Shown here: piece by piece, positions 1 through 12,504 of the stretch
How positions within the stretch are numbered: the stretch's first letter is position 1
Layout of the letters: each line of letters opens with the position of its first letter
Assembly: GCA_943704415.1 (NCBI GenBank)
Contig: CALSCO010001136.1
Location: forward strand, 1 to 42,167
Source: Parvularia atlantis
Lineage: Eukaryota
DNA length: 42,167 nucleotides
Direction of reading: 5' to 3'
Program-made: the position numbers and the translations under genes
Notes under the pieces: generated by a model
Databases searched by the model: none
What the model was told of the DNA's origin: nothing
Seen by the model: only the letters and a program-made list of their open reading frames with translations

Positions 1-3000
1 CCCCCCGGTCAGGCCGCGCCACGGGCCTGCACAACGCACACGCACCCGGCAGGAACACGAGGATCGAGCCCAGGCGGTTGTCGTTGCGCTCGTGGTCGGC
101 CGCAAACTCGTGCCGGCAGATGCGGATGATCAGCTCAACCGCGGCCTCAAACATCTCGGGCTTTATCTCCGGGTTGCTCAGCAGCTGGCCTGCGCGCACG
201 CCGGCCGCATCAGCAACGCCGCCGCAAGCACGGCGCGCGACGCGTACCCTGCACAGCGTGCGGCGGCAGCGCATACAGGAAGCGGCCGCCATCGAGCTTG
301 TCGAGGTAGTGAATCTTGACCTGGTACAGGCGGCCCTCGACGTTGACCTCGGGCACGAACGGCGTGAACTCGTCCTGCCGAGCGTGCACGCGTCTCAAAC
401 GCTGTTGCGCGCGGCGCATGCGCGGCTCACCGGCGCGGGCAGGAAGCGCTCCGGGCCGAGCGACGAGAAGTACTTCTGGAAGATCTCGGTGTCGATCGTG
501 GCCGACATGAGCACGACGCGGACGTTGGTCTCGATGCGCAGGAGCTCGCGCACGATCAGTAGCACAAAGTCCGTGTCCTTGTCGCGCTCGTGCACTGCGC
601 ACACGCGAGAGGCCGCACGGTTGGACCAGGTCGGGCGCGCGCTGGTAGGGCGCACCCTCATCGATGATCACGTGTGTGAACGGGCGCAGCGTCTTGGTGC
701 GGATCAGGCGCTGCAGCAGCACACCCGTCGTCACGTAGAGCAGGCGCGTGTTGTCGCTCGACGCCTGCGCGGCGTGAGCAGGCGGCCGGTGCGTCCACCG
801 TCGCGCAGCCGCACCTTCTTGTCCATGCCGACCTGGTAGCCGACGAGGCCGCCGAGCTCGACGTTGCGCTCCTCGCACACGCTGCGTGGCGCGCGCGCGC
901 ACACACGAGTCAGTGCGGAGCCGTGCATGGACGGAGGCCCACCGCCGCGAGATGCTGATGGCGGCGATGCGGCGCGGCTGCGTGCAGACGATGTTGCACT
1001 GCTTGCCCGCGCGCTGGTATGCGTCGAGGATGTACTGCGGCACCTGCGTCGTCTTGCCGCTGCCGGTCGAGCCCTTGATGATCGCGACCTGGTTCTTCTC
1101 GATCGTGTGCAGGATGCGGTTCTGGTGCGGCGTGATCGGCAGGTCTGAGTGCCGATGTCAGGCAATGCCGCGCATGCCCAGAGGCACACGCGCGCACCGC
1201 TCGTCAGGTGGTTGATGTGCACCGGCGCCGCGTTCTGGTCCGGCAGCGCGTCTGCAATGTCTGAGAAGGCCAGGCGCTCGGCGTTCTCAGGGCGCGGGCC
1301 AAAGATATCGACGGCCTTCTTGCGGTTGGTGTAGCGCGTCTGGCGGTCGGTCTGGATGTGTCTGCGCGTGAGCCCGTGCGGCGAGGCGCGCGCCTGTAGC
1401 GCACCGCGATCTCGCTCTCCTCCGGCGGCACCACAAAGAGCTCGTTGGCATTCGGCGCGGGCTCGTCAGGCACGCCCTGGTATTTGCGCACAAACATGTC
1501 GAGCTGCTGCTGCACCGTGCCTATGAGCGCAGCGCTCGTGCCGGAGGTCACTGCGACGTGCATGTCAGCTTTCGCACGCGCAAATGGGGCGGTGGTCTTG
1601 CCTGGCATGAACGACTTGCCTGGGTGCGTGGTGAGAGATGCCAGCGCATGACGCAGACGCGCGCACACGCACCCTGGCTCAGGTTGCGGCGGATGCGCTC
1701 GAGCGGCAGGAGCTCCGAGTTGTCGTACTCGGTGTACACGACCTCGTACAGGCGCCCGTTGTCCTGCGCGGCGATCAGCTGCCGCGTGCACGTCGGCACT
1801 GCCTGCTTCGGCACACACCAGCACTTTGACGATGCGCGCCGTGTACCACGTGTTGTCGCCGGTGAATTTGCCCTCGATAACGTCGTCTACGGCGACACTG
1901 CTGTCAGCACGGCGTGTGCGCGGCGGACACAGGGCCCGGATCAGGCGCACCGACGTTGTACGGTGTCGCGGGGCCAGCAGGCACGGACGGCGCAGTGACC
2001 GGCGCAGGCACGGGGACAGGTGCGGGCGCAGGCGCGGGTGCTGCGGGCGCGCGCTGCACCGACCGCGTCACGGGCGCGGGCACGGGTGCCGGGGCAGCGA
2101 GAGGCGCGCGCTGCAGCGGCCGCAGGAACTGTAGGGGACGCTGTCGGGGTTGCGGCCGGCGGTGAGCGTCTGGCTGAGCAAGACAGGTGTGCCGCCGCAC
2201 CTCCTCTGTGTTATCATACTCGGTATAAATGACGAAAAACGTGCCGTTTGGGCGGGCCTCAAGGATGCGCGCCTCGTACCACACGCCATCCTCGGAGTAC
2301 ATGGCCTCGCACAGATCGCCGACCTGTGTCCCGTCAGTCGCTGGCAAGCAGCCAAGCGCGGCAGCGCACCCGCCACGCCGACCTCACGACCGCCCGGGCG
2401 GCGGTGTTCGGAGGAGGCGCAGGGCGCACGCGCTCGAGCGTCACGACGTCTTCCAGGCCTGCATGCGTGCGTGTCGTGTCAGCAGGCGCTGGCGGTGTGC
2501 AGTGGGAACGCGCGCACCTGTGTCGCCGTACGCGACCTTGTAGTGCCGGCCGTCGATGGAGACGTTGTTGACGCGCGCGATCGTCCAGCTGCAAGCACGG
2601 GTCAGCTCACGTGCCTGACGAGCGCGACTGCTTGCGCACCGCTCATCGACCGGGCGCAGCACCTCGACCATGTCGTTTTTGCGGAAGGCGGTCGTGCGGC
2701 CGTTGACGGGCACCGGCGCCGGGACAGGCACGCCGGGCTGCGGCCGCAGGAACTGGTCCTCGCTCTCCTCGCTGTTGCCAAAGTCGGTGTACGTCACGAC
2801 GTAGCGCCCGCCGCCCAGCACCTTGTCGATGCGCGCGCGGTACCACTGGTTGTCCTCCGAGAACTGGCCCTCGCAGACGTCGCCGGCCTTCCACCGCGAC
2901 GCTGATGCGACCGCGTCAACTGGTATGGGTGCGAGCGCGCGAGCTGGCGCGGGCCCACGGTCGGGTGCGAGCGCGGGCGCCGGTGCGAGCGCGACGACGG

Positions 3001-3616
3001 GCTGCGGCAGCGGCCGGATGCTCGTCTCGACGGCCTCCTCGCTGTTGCTGTAGTCGACGAAGGTGATAAAGTAGCGCCCGCCGCCCAGGACGCCGTCGAC
3101 GCGCGCGCCGTACCACTCGCCATCCTCGGAGAAGCGCCCCTCGACGATGTCGCCGACCTTCCAGCGCGACGTGACCCTGGCAGAGGACGGTGAGCCACAT
3201 GCGCGCCTTCCTCCACATTCGGCGCGCGCACGTCGCTGCAGTCGCGGCGGCCGGCGACTGCAGCGCGACGGGGCGCAGCCGGTCGAGCGGGAGCGTGTCG
3301 GTGCAGTCGCGGTACTCGACGAAGCGCACAAAGCACTGCGTGGTGACGGCGCGGCAGCGTGAGCGTGAGCGAGGCGCTGGCTGACAGGTTGGCGCCGCAT
3401 TCACCTTGCCGCTGGGCAGCACGCGCTCGACCTGCGCAGTGTACCTGCGCGCCCGTGACGCGCGGGGCCCGCGTCTAAGCCCGCGTCCCGCCGCACGCCG
3501 CCCGCCCGCCAGCAAGCGCACCACTGGTCGTCCTGGGTCCAGCGCGCGAGCACGGTCGTGCCCGCTGCTGGCAGATTCTGCTTGGTTGTGACCGAGCGGC
3601 GTGGGTCACGTGCCAT
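1..3616 (-). CDS. TDRD9: Spindle-E/TDRD9-like DExH-box RNA helicase with six N-terminal Tudor domains (5' part; continues beyond window start; ~18 introns)
   Basis: Spliced protein has LPITPHQNRILHTIEKNQVAIIKGSTGSGKTTQVPQYILD, CTQPRRIAA, LGGLVGYQVGMDK, TRLLYVTTGVLLQ, FTHVIIDEVHERDKDTDF, VVLMSATID and VFLPG, closely matching the TDRD9/Spn-E helicase core. Tudor repeats (e.g. WKVGDIVEGRFSEDGEWYGARV..FVDYSNSE) lie at ~1680-3570. Frame is continuous across GT-AG introns. ATG 3616 is tentative. Confidence 0.85.
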
Positions 3617-4212
3617 ACCGGGTGCGGCCGTAGCGTGGCGGTGTGCGGTGCGTGTGAGCGACTGGCGAGGCGCACACAAGGCAGGCGAGAGAGTGCGTGA
3701 CCATGCAGCGCCGGAGGCGGGTAGTGATGGATGGGTAAGTGGCTGTAGGCTCAGTGAACTCAACGGAGAGCCTGAACGTGCGAGTTCGCAGCGGCGCGGC
3801 AGCGGCAGGTGGGAGTCGGAAAGAGAAAGAGAGAGGGGGCAACGAGCGGAGGAGAAAGCGGTGCGAGCATGCACCGCGCAGCAGGTGGCCGATGGACGTC
3901 GCGATGAGGCCACGCAGATCGGGTGTGCGCCCGCCCGCGCCGCACCCGCCACACCGTGCCCAGCGGCGCGCCCGCCGCCTGCCGCCCGTCGTGGCACGCA
4001 CGCGCACTCCCGTTGAGTTCACCACAGCGTACAGCCACTTACCCGCCGAGCACTACCCGCCCTGGCTACACGGTCTCGCCTGCCTGGCGCGCGCCTCGCC
4101 AGTCGCTCACACGCACCGCGCCCCCCCTCGCCCACCACCGCACACCGCCACACTGCGGCCGCACCCGGTATGGCACGTGACCCACGCCGCCCGGTCACAA
4201 CCAAGCAGAGTC
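3574..4212. repeat. Imperfect inverted repeat: arms ~3574-3766 and ~4010-4212, spacer ~240 nt
   Basis: GATTCTGCTTGGTTGTGACCGAGCGGCGTGGGTCACGTGCCATACCGGGTGCGGCCG... (3574-3650) is the reverse complement of 4136-4212 with 4 mismatches in 77 nt. Further matching blocks extend to GTAAGTGGCTGT..GTGAACTCAACGG. Confidence 0.95.
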
Positions 4213-5008
4213 CTTGACGAGCTGCCGCCCGAAGTGCGTGGCGCGGTCGCGGCCTGGCTCGACGTGCACGCGTTGTGCGCGCTCTCGTGCGTGAGCCGCG
4301 CGCTGCACGCAACGGCCAACGACGACGCGCTGTGGCGCGCACACTGCCGCCGGCGCTGGCGCGGCAAGTGTCTTGTCGGGCTGCAGGGGTCCGGCCTCGC
4401 CGCGCGCTGGAAGAACGCGGGGTCGCCGGCGATGGGCGCGGCCAAGCGCGACTACATGGCACGCTGCACGCTGCACGCCCACGTCGCTGCCGCTGATCAC
4501 ACGCCGCGTGCAACGCGCCGCGCAGGTCGCCGAGCTCGACAGCAAGCGCCGCCTGGTCACACACGACGAGCTGACGGCCCTGCCCTGGAAGTTCTCGTTC
4601 GCATGGGGCTTTGTCCATATCGCGCGCTTCACCGAGACCGGCCTGTTCCGCGGCGCCGGGCGCAACATGGAGCTGCCGGTACGCCCCGCCTACGCCTCGT
4701 GCCCGCCTCCTTCGCGGCTCACGCGCCGCGCGCAGTTTGTGCTGTTCCAGGCCACGCACCGCCGACAGCTCGTCTCGCGCGTGCGCGTGGCCGAGTATCC
4801 GTCGCTGCTGGTCGAGCGCTCGGCCGACTGGGGCTGGCAGATGACGTGCGTGAGGCGGCGCGCGAAGAGGGGTGTGTGACGTGCGCCTCACACGCGACTG
4901 CGCCGCAGCAACCGCTATGTCACGCTCACGACCATCCTCAACCCGGACGAGGCCGCCGCGCTCGAGCGCACGCCGCCGCAGGTCGAGGACTTCGACACCG
5001 ACGAGTGA
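3727..5008 (+). CDS. F-box protein (start uncertain; well-supported part 4211-5008)
   Basis: F-box motif LDELPPEVRGAVAAWLDVHALCALSCVSRALHATANDDALWRAHC. Spliced C-terminus reads DSKRRLVTHDELTALPWKF..VRVAEYPSLLVERSADWGWQMTNRYV, stop TGA 5006-5008. A possible start is ATG 3727 with intron GTAAGT 3735-3791, in frame with the F-box. Confidence 0.7.
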
Positions 5009-5055
5009 ATCCGCGGTCGCCTGCCTGTCTAGCCCTGCTACTCTTACGTCCACCC

Positions 5056-8000
5056 TCACGACGCAAACACCGAGTGCAGGCGTAGCAGCCCTGGCACGTC
5101 CACCGTCAGCGCCACCGGCCGCTGCGGCACCTGCGCCGGCGATAGGCCTGGCACGAGGCGGCTCGGCAGGCGGATGCGCGCGCACAGCTGGCCGCCTTGT
5201 CCCGACGGCGCGCGCGACGCCGACGCCGCGGCTGGTGCGACGCTGGTCAGCTCGCGAAGCTTCTGTTGCGCCTGCTCGCTCTTGCCCTTGAGCGTGTCCA
5301 TCGCGAGCCGGTGCTGCACGCTCAGTCAGCTCATACACGCACGCCGCCGCCACCGTGCGCACCGCGTAGAGCTGGTACTCGGGGCGCTCGGCCATTGGGC
5401 GCCACTTCTTGCTCGCGTCGGCCATGGGCACCTGCACGACGTGCGCGGTCGCCGCGGCCGCGGCGTAGTCCAGCAGCACCTGGCGGCTCTCGGCGACGGC
5501 GGCGGCCACCTGCGCATGGCTCGGCCCCCGCGCATCCCGCACACGCACACGCTCGCACCTGGCGGGCGCGCTCGGCCGCCTTGCCGGCCTCCGCCGCGCT
5601 CATCGCGGGCGGCGCGTCCACGAGGTCCTGCACGCTCAGCTGCGACAGCCGTGCGCGTATCCGGCTGTTTTCGAGCTGCACGTAGCGCAGCGCCTGCAGC
5701 AGGGCTCAGCGCGTCGTCAGCGCACGACGCCACGCACCTGGCGCAGGTGGCGCACGACCGTGCCGTCGACAAACTCGCCCGAGACGTCCGGCGACGACAC
5801 CGACGGCGAGGCCGGCACAGCGCCTGCCGCGCTGCAGCAGCATTGTGTGAGCGGCGCAGCGACAAGCGCAAGTGACGCACGCGGTGCCCTGCTGCGCATC
5901 CGTTGCCGCGGGCGCGAGCAGCGAGGGCGACGAGGCGGACGCGGCGCCCTGGCGACCACGTTAGCTCGCTGGCACACGCGGGACGCAAGCCGCGCACCAG
6001 GCGCCGGCTGTGCGAGCGCGACGACGTCTTCTTGAGCGTGTCGTTCTCCTTCTCGAGCAGCTCAAGGTCGCGCTGCAGCGACGTCGTCGCCTCGGTATAC
6101 ATGCGGACCTGCTGGCTGAGCTTGGCGTTGTCGGCCTCAAGCTGGCGCGGGCGGGGCAGTGTCAGGCACCACGCGCACGCACGTGCCCCGCGCGCACAGA
6201 CCTGGGGAATCTTGGCGCCGACGGTCGCGACGCGACCCTCAAGCATCTCGATGTGCGTCTCATGCTCGTCCAGTTTCTGCGCGCGTGCAGGGATGGTCGG
6301 TGGGCGCGGCTGACACAACGCGCGCGGCAGAGCGTGCCTGGTGCAGCTGCTTGACCTCGTTGACGCGCAGCAGCAGCTCGGCCTGCAGCGTGTCAATCTT
6401 CTTCTGCAGCGCCGGATTGACCGCCAGGAACGCGCGCATCGACTCGGCCTTGCTTTGCCACGGCGTCGCATGCAGCTGCGGCGGAGCGGACGATCAGGCC
6501 GAGGCTGGCGCGGAGGCCGCGCCAGCGCAACGCACCGTGACCGCTTCGACCTTGGCGTCGTCGAAGACCTCATCCAGCAGCGTCTGCAGCGTTTGCACCT
6601 CGGCGCGCGCCCACTCGATCGCCGCGGCCCAGGGCGAGGCGGCGTCGGCCGGGAGCGGTGCGGACAGCATGCTGGACGTGCTTGCGGTGATCGACTGGAC
6701 GACGCTCTCGACCTTGACCGGCATCTGCGCGCCATGCACGGTCAGCCGCATGAACTTGCGCGTCGCTGTGCGCACTGGCTCTTCGTCGACCGGGTTGGCC
6801 GGCACCGACAGCATGACCGTGTGAAGCAGCCTGCGTAGGAGCTGCAGCCGGTTCTGGTGCTCCTGCAGCCCGCTCGCGAGCGTGGTCGACTTGATCCTGT
6901 CAGCGCATGCACACGCGCTCAGGGCTCGGCGCCCAGTCGTGCGACCCTTTGCACGGCACCGCTTGGAGGTGGCGCCCGGCGGCGGCGTTATCGCGACCAG
7001 GAGCGGGTGCGCGCCGACGTCGTCCAAGCGCTTGCGCAGCTTTTTGGCGATGACCTGGATGCTCTTGTTGGCCTTCTGTAGCTCTAGCAGCGGCGCAACC
7101 ACGCCCTCGTGCTCCTCGGCCTGCGCGTCGCGGCCGCGATGAGCGCACACGCGCGCAGATCGGGCACATCGCCGCCGCGCACCGACAGCTTGCCGCGCAC
7201 CAGCCGCCCGTGCAGCTCGCGCAGCTCGACAAAGGTCGCATCGGCGCCGCACTCTAGCAGCTCGCCGTACATGAGCAGGAGGGGCGTGGCCGTGTGGATC
7301 GACGCCGCCGACGCCGCCGTGCTCGATCTGCCGGCACCGCAGCGCGCTCAGTGCCTTCGGCCGCGCGCGCGCAGGGCCATGCCACGCACGCGCTCGCAAG
7401 CGTCTCAAGCTGCCCAAGCGCACGGTCCAGGTCCTGCAACGGCAGCTTGTCGCTAAACTCCTCCTTGCGCACCAGCTGCGACCGTCTCAGAGCGGCATCA
7501 GCATCGCAGCGTGGCGCGCGGCACGAAAGCACCTCGACGAAGAAATCCACGCGGCGCTCGGCGTTGGCCAGGTCGCCCTTCCACTGCGCGATGGCCGCGT
7601 ACTCTTGCACGGTGCACGTCTGCGAACCGGGCGTGTGAGTGATGCGCGCATCCGTCGGGTGCATGACAGCGTGCCTGCGCGAAGAGGTACAGCCGCCGGG
7701 TGTGGCAGACGGCGGCGATGAGCTTGTTGCGCAGCTGGCACGGGCGCGGTAAGCTAGCAGCGCGCGCTCGTGCGCTTGCGGATACGGACGTCACAGACGG
7801 CGGCCATCTCGCGGTCGCTGACGGCGGCGTTGTTCTTGCGGCCCTGGTCGATACGGTACGCCTGTTCGATGTACTTGAGCACGAGGTCGGCCTTGAACAG
7901 GATGCTGCAGCGGTTGCGGGTCAGGCCTGGCGGTCGCATAGAGGACGGCCGCGCACGCGCACCGCTTCAGCGCGAGCATGGTCAAGATGGTCTCCTGCTC

Positions 8001-10220
8001 CGTGTCAAAGAACAGCTGCGGCAGGAACGCCAGTAGGTACGTGATGTGGTCGTTGGCCTGCGCACCGCGCGTGTGAGCAAACGGCGCCGCAAGACGGGCG
8101 CGCGCAGACCTGCTCGGCCTCGAGGCGGCGCAGATCAAGCGCCACGGCTGTGATGCGTGTGAGCGTACGATGTGCAGCCTAAGAAGGCGCGCACCCTTGG
8201 CCTGCGCCTTGACCGCAGTCGACTGCAGCTCGAGCTTGAGGCTCTGCATCGCCTGCGACTGCGACGAGAGCGCGGCGGCGTCCTCGCCCGACTCTTTCGC
8301 GCTGCGTTGCGCGGCGGCGTAAGCGCGTGTGCCCGAGAGCGCGTCACCGCAGCAGCACCGCAGCGTCTCAAGGTCGCTCTGCAGCTGCTGCACGAGGTCG
8401 CGGAACTTGTGGATCGTCTGCTCGTAGTCGTCGGCCGTGTCCTGCGCCGTCTCAAGCGCGGCTTGCTGCGCACACCACCGCACGGTCAGTGCGCAAAGAC
8501 GGTGCAGCGGGTGCCACACGCCTGCTTGGCAATGACCGTGTCCTTGAACTCAATCTCGGCCTGCAGCTGCTTCTCGGTCTCGATGTGGTTCTCCTCTAGC
8601 TCCTCGTTCAGCTGGCGCAACGACTGCGGGGCGGCGGCCAGCCGTGAGTTACCATGGACGCACGGGCACGGCTGTAACGCACCTCGAGGTCCTCCACGGT
8701 CGACTGCAGCGCCGCAATGCGGTCCTCCATCGTCAGCTTCTGGCTGCCAAGCTCCTCGATCATGGCCTCGGCGCCGGACGCGGCCTCGACCTGGTCCTTG
8801 AGCTCGCTCACCTGCTCCAGCAGCTCCTGGTTCTGGCGGCGTCCCGAGCGCGGTGAACACGACGCGGGCGCGCGACCAGAGCGGCGCGCGGACCTCCTTC
8901 TTAAGCTTGTCAACGCGCGCCGTCAGCGCCGGCACGTCCGCGGCGAGCTTCTCGAGCTCCTTGACCCTGCGCGTGAGCTCGGTCTTCTCCTCGGTGGTCA
9001 CGTCGCGCAGCTGCGATGGCGCGAGCAGCATGTGCCTAAGCAGCACGTGCGCGTCAGCTTCTGAGCGCACCTTCACGAGTGCGTCCTTGAGCCGCTCGTT
9101 CTGCTTCTCCAGCTGCTCGAGCTCGGCCTTCGAGGCACCGCCACCGCCGCCGCCACCGCCGCCGCCGCCCTCCTCTTTGTCGTTCTTGAGAATCTCGATC
9201 TCAAGCGAGAGCTCCTCCTGCGCTCGCGCTCGTGTGTGGGCGTGCGCCGGCGGGGTCGAACGCAGAACGCGCGGGCACGCACCACGCGCTCCTTGAGCGA
9301 GTCGACCTCCTGTTGCAGCGCGTCGGCCTTCTCCTCGGCGACCTCCTTGTCTGCGCGGACAGGCGCATGAGACGGCCGTGTGCGCGCACATGCACAAGCG
9401 GCGTCACCGATTGTAAGCGACTCAATGTTCTCCATCAGGTCGGCGGCGGACTGCTCATTCTCCTTGTGCTCGCGATACTCGGCGTACTCGCGGCGCACGT
9501 CCTTGAGTTGCTTCTGCAGGTCCTTGACCGTCTCGTCCTGCTTCTGGCGCACGGCCGCCAGCTGCGCACGAGTTAGCGGCATCTCCGCCGGCCGCACCCC
9601 CAAGGCACAGACCGTCTGCAGCTCCGACTTGACGCGGTCGAGCTCCTTCAGTTTCTCGCGGTCCTCGAGCCGCTTGTTCTCGATTATGCGGAACTTGGCC
9701 TTGAGCTCCTCGTGCGTCTTGAGCGGGACGGTCTGCTGCGCGGCCGGCGAGAAGGCGAGCGACGTGGGCACGGGCAGGCCGTCATCCTCTGCTGGTGCTG
9801 CTGCCACGGGCGCGGGCGCGGGCGCGGGTGCAACGACAGGTGTCGGCTCAGGTGCAGGTGCAGGCGCAGGTGCGGGTGCAGGTGCGGCTTCGGCGGCCGG
9901 CGCGACCTGCGCACGGCAGCCGTCAGACGCGGCCGCGCAGCAGACGCAGCGCACCAGCGTCACTTGCGGCGGGCGCACAAACACGCCGTGGTTCGGCGCG
10001 CACTCAAAGTAACGCTTGTCCTTGACGCTGGGCGCGCGTGTGAGCGGTGGCGGGCCGATCAGCCTCGCCCGCACCTGCCGTCGTTCTTGCCCTGCGCCAC
10101 GGACAGCTCGACGCCAACCCACTTGCCCGGCGCAAAATCGGCCGTGCCGACGAAGCGCACGACGCCGGCGACGCCGTTGACGACGACACGGTCGCACACG
10201 ACGAACTCGCGTTCGGCCAT
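5056..10220 (-). CDS. DCTN1: Dynactin subunit 1 (p150-glued), ~27 introns
   Basis: N-terminal CAP-Gly [40 protein letters not shown]. Coiled coil has [46 protein letters not shown] and [14 protein letters not shown]-terminus [10 protein letters not shown]. Confidence 0.95.
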
Positions 10221-10311
10221 GCTTGAAATGCGCTCATCGTATTGTGCGGACATGCGATACATGTCACATGACAAACATTGGCTTCCGAGTGACACTTCGG
10301 CACCTCCCCGG

Positions 10312-10908
10312 TCAGCCGCGCCGGCGGCTGCCACGCCCACGCCGCCCGCCCGCCGCGCCGCCCACGCCGCCGCGCCGCTTCTTGCCCTTGGCCTTGCGCT
10401 TCTGTGCGAGCCGCGACTGAGTTCGAGCGCGACAATAGCGAGACCGGGCGAGACCTTGCCAGCGTCTGCCCCGTCTGCCGCACGCCGCTTGCGCACCGGC
10501 GCCGCACCGAGCGCGCGCAGCACGGCCAGGTTGTGCGCCGTAAAGTCGTGTCGTGCCTCCGGCTCGGCCGCCTCGCCCGCCGTCCCGCGACGTCTGCTCG
10601 CGCTGCCTTCCTTCGCCGCTGCCGTCAATGCCGTCTCGCCGTCCGCGCCGCCCGCGCCGTAGCTCGCGTCGCCGAGCACGCGCAGCGCCTCCTTAACCAT
10701 GCGCGACACTGCGACCGTGCGCGCGGCGGGCGTGAGGCGCCGGCGCTCTCGATGCGCGCGTGTCACGGTACTGTTCTTCGACTGGTCGAAAGTGGGCCAC
10801 GTGGCGATGGTTGAGCGCGAACACGACGCGCTCGCGGCGCGGCGGCGCGTCCGGCGGCTGCGGCTGCGCGCGAGGCGGCTGCGCGCGGCGCCGACGGTCG
10901 ACCGTCAT
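10312..10908 (-). CDS. Small basic hypothetical protein with Lys/RG-rich tail (start 10908 or 10700)
   Basis: [29 protein letters not shown] joins via a GT-AG intron (~10401-10455) to [30 protein letters not shown]. An upstream exon from ATG 10908 joins in frame via another GT-AG intron. No family recognised. Confidence 0.45.
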
Positions 10909-12484
10909 GCGCTGGGCGAGGCAGCGCTCGCGCTGGGCCGCGCGCTCGAGCGCTGCTACGATCTGCCGCGGGCGGAGCGCGTCTACGAGGCCGGGCTGGG
11001 CCTTGGCCGGCGCGCGCTTGGGCCTCCGCTCGAGCTTCAGCTGCGCGCGCAGCTCGCGGGCGTGCTGCTACTGCAGTCGGTCACGCCGGAAGACCGGATC
11101 GTCGCGCGGCAGCAGCTCGTGCGGGCCGTGCAGCTCGCGCGGGGCTCGGCCGGCACCGCGGTTGATACCGAGATCGTCGCGGGCGTGTACTCGCAGCACA
11201 TCCTCCTGCTGTGCCAGGACGGCGCCGCCGACGACGGCGATCGCGCCGAGGCCGCACGATGCATGCGCGAGCGCGGCTTCACGCACCGGCTGGCGCACGA
11301 AGTGCTGCACTTCCCCGACGCGCGCCCTGGCGCCGTTGCGCCCTCGGACGGCGCGCACGAGCGATTTGTGCGGGCTGTGGATGCCGCGCTGCCGCACGAC
11401 ATGCTCGCTCACATGCAGGCGGTGTTTGCGCCCGGCGCAGCCTTCTGGACCGAGGTGCGCGCCGTATGCCGTCCGTGGCCTGTTCGTGTTCGTTGACCCT
11501 TGGCGCACGCGCAGCACAACTACTCACAGCTCACGTCCTACTTCTCGTACGTGCACAGCCTCGCGCGCGATCGTGCAGCAGCGAGCAGTCTCGACCAGGT
11601 CATCCGGCACGTGCACCGCGTCGCGTCGCAGCTCTTCCCCGCCGTCGCCAGGGCCAGGCAGGCCGAATGGTGGGCGCACTGCCGCCCGAACGGGAGCGGG
11701 CACCAGCTGCACTTTGACTCGGCCAACGAGGGCCGCGAGCGCGAGGGCAACAAGCCACGGCACCCAATCGCCTCGGTCGTGCTGTACCTCTCGGACAGCG
11801 TGGGCGGGCCGACGCTGGGTGCGCGCACTGCGCGAGCAAGCGAGTGTGTGAGGCGCCGTGCTCAATTGCCTTGTGCGCGCAGTCACCGACCAGAAGCTCG
11901 GCGGCAAGCTGGCGACGCAGGGCTGGCTCGTGTACCCGCGCACGAACCGCCTCGCCGTGTTTGACGGCTCGGTGCTGCACGGTGCGCGCACGCGGCGTCC
12001 TGCGTGTGCAATGCTGACGACTGCGCTCGCACCAAGGCGTTATCCCGGGCTTTCGGCCGACAGGCGGCGCGCGCTCACAGCGGCGCGTCACGTTCATGAT
12101 CGCGTTCTGGGGCAACCACATCGAGTCGCCGCCGGTGTGCTGCCGGTGCCGTGCAGGACGCTGCGCTGTGCTCACGTGTTGTGCATCAGACGGACCCGCT
12201 CGAGACGCCCGGCAGCGCACGGCGCTTCCCGGATCTCGCGACGACGCGATACACGTGGCCGCGAGCGCTCACGCCCAGGCCCGGCAGCGGCTGGGACGCT
12301 CAGCCCGCGACGCCGCAGCACGTCACGCCGTTGCCGGTCAAGTCGGTGTGGGTGCGTCGCGGGGGCCGCGGGCCTGCTGCTGCGCGGTCAAACACGGCGC
12401 GCACGGCAGGAGACGGTCGACGGCCAGCGCGCGTCGCTCTCGGCAGCGATCCCGCACTACCAGCAGTGCTTCCAGGGGTTCTGA
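10807..12484 (+). CDS. Uncharacterised 2OG-Fe(II) oxygenase-like protein with helical N-terminus (5 introns)
   Basis: [16 protein letters not shown] (HxD), [35 protein letters not shown] (distal His) and [10 protein letters not shown] (2OG-binding Arg). Ends CFQGF* at 12484. Start uncertain. Confidence 0.7.
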
Positions 12485-12504
12485 TGCTCATTGCCACGGG
12501 CACG

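Noticed and set aside
3574..4212. Inverted repeat as a transposon (MITE or foldback)
   Set aside because: No target-site duplication or transposase is visible and an arm includes the putative gene start. It cannot be fully excluded without a copy-number search.
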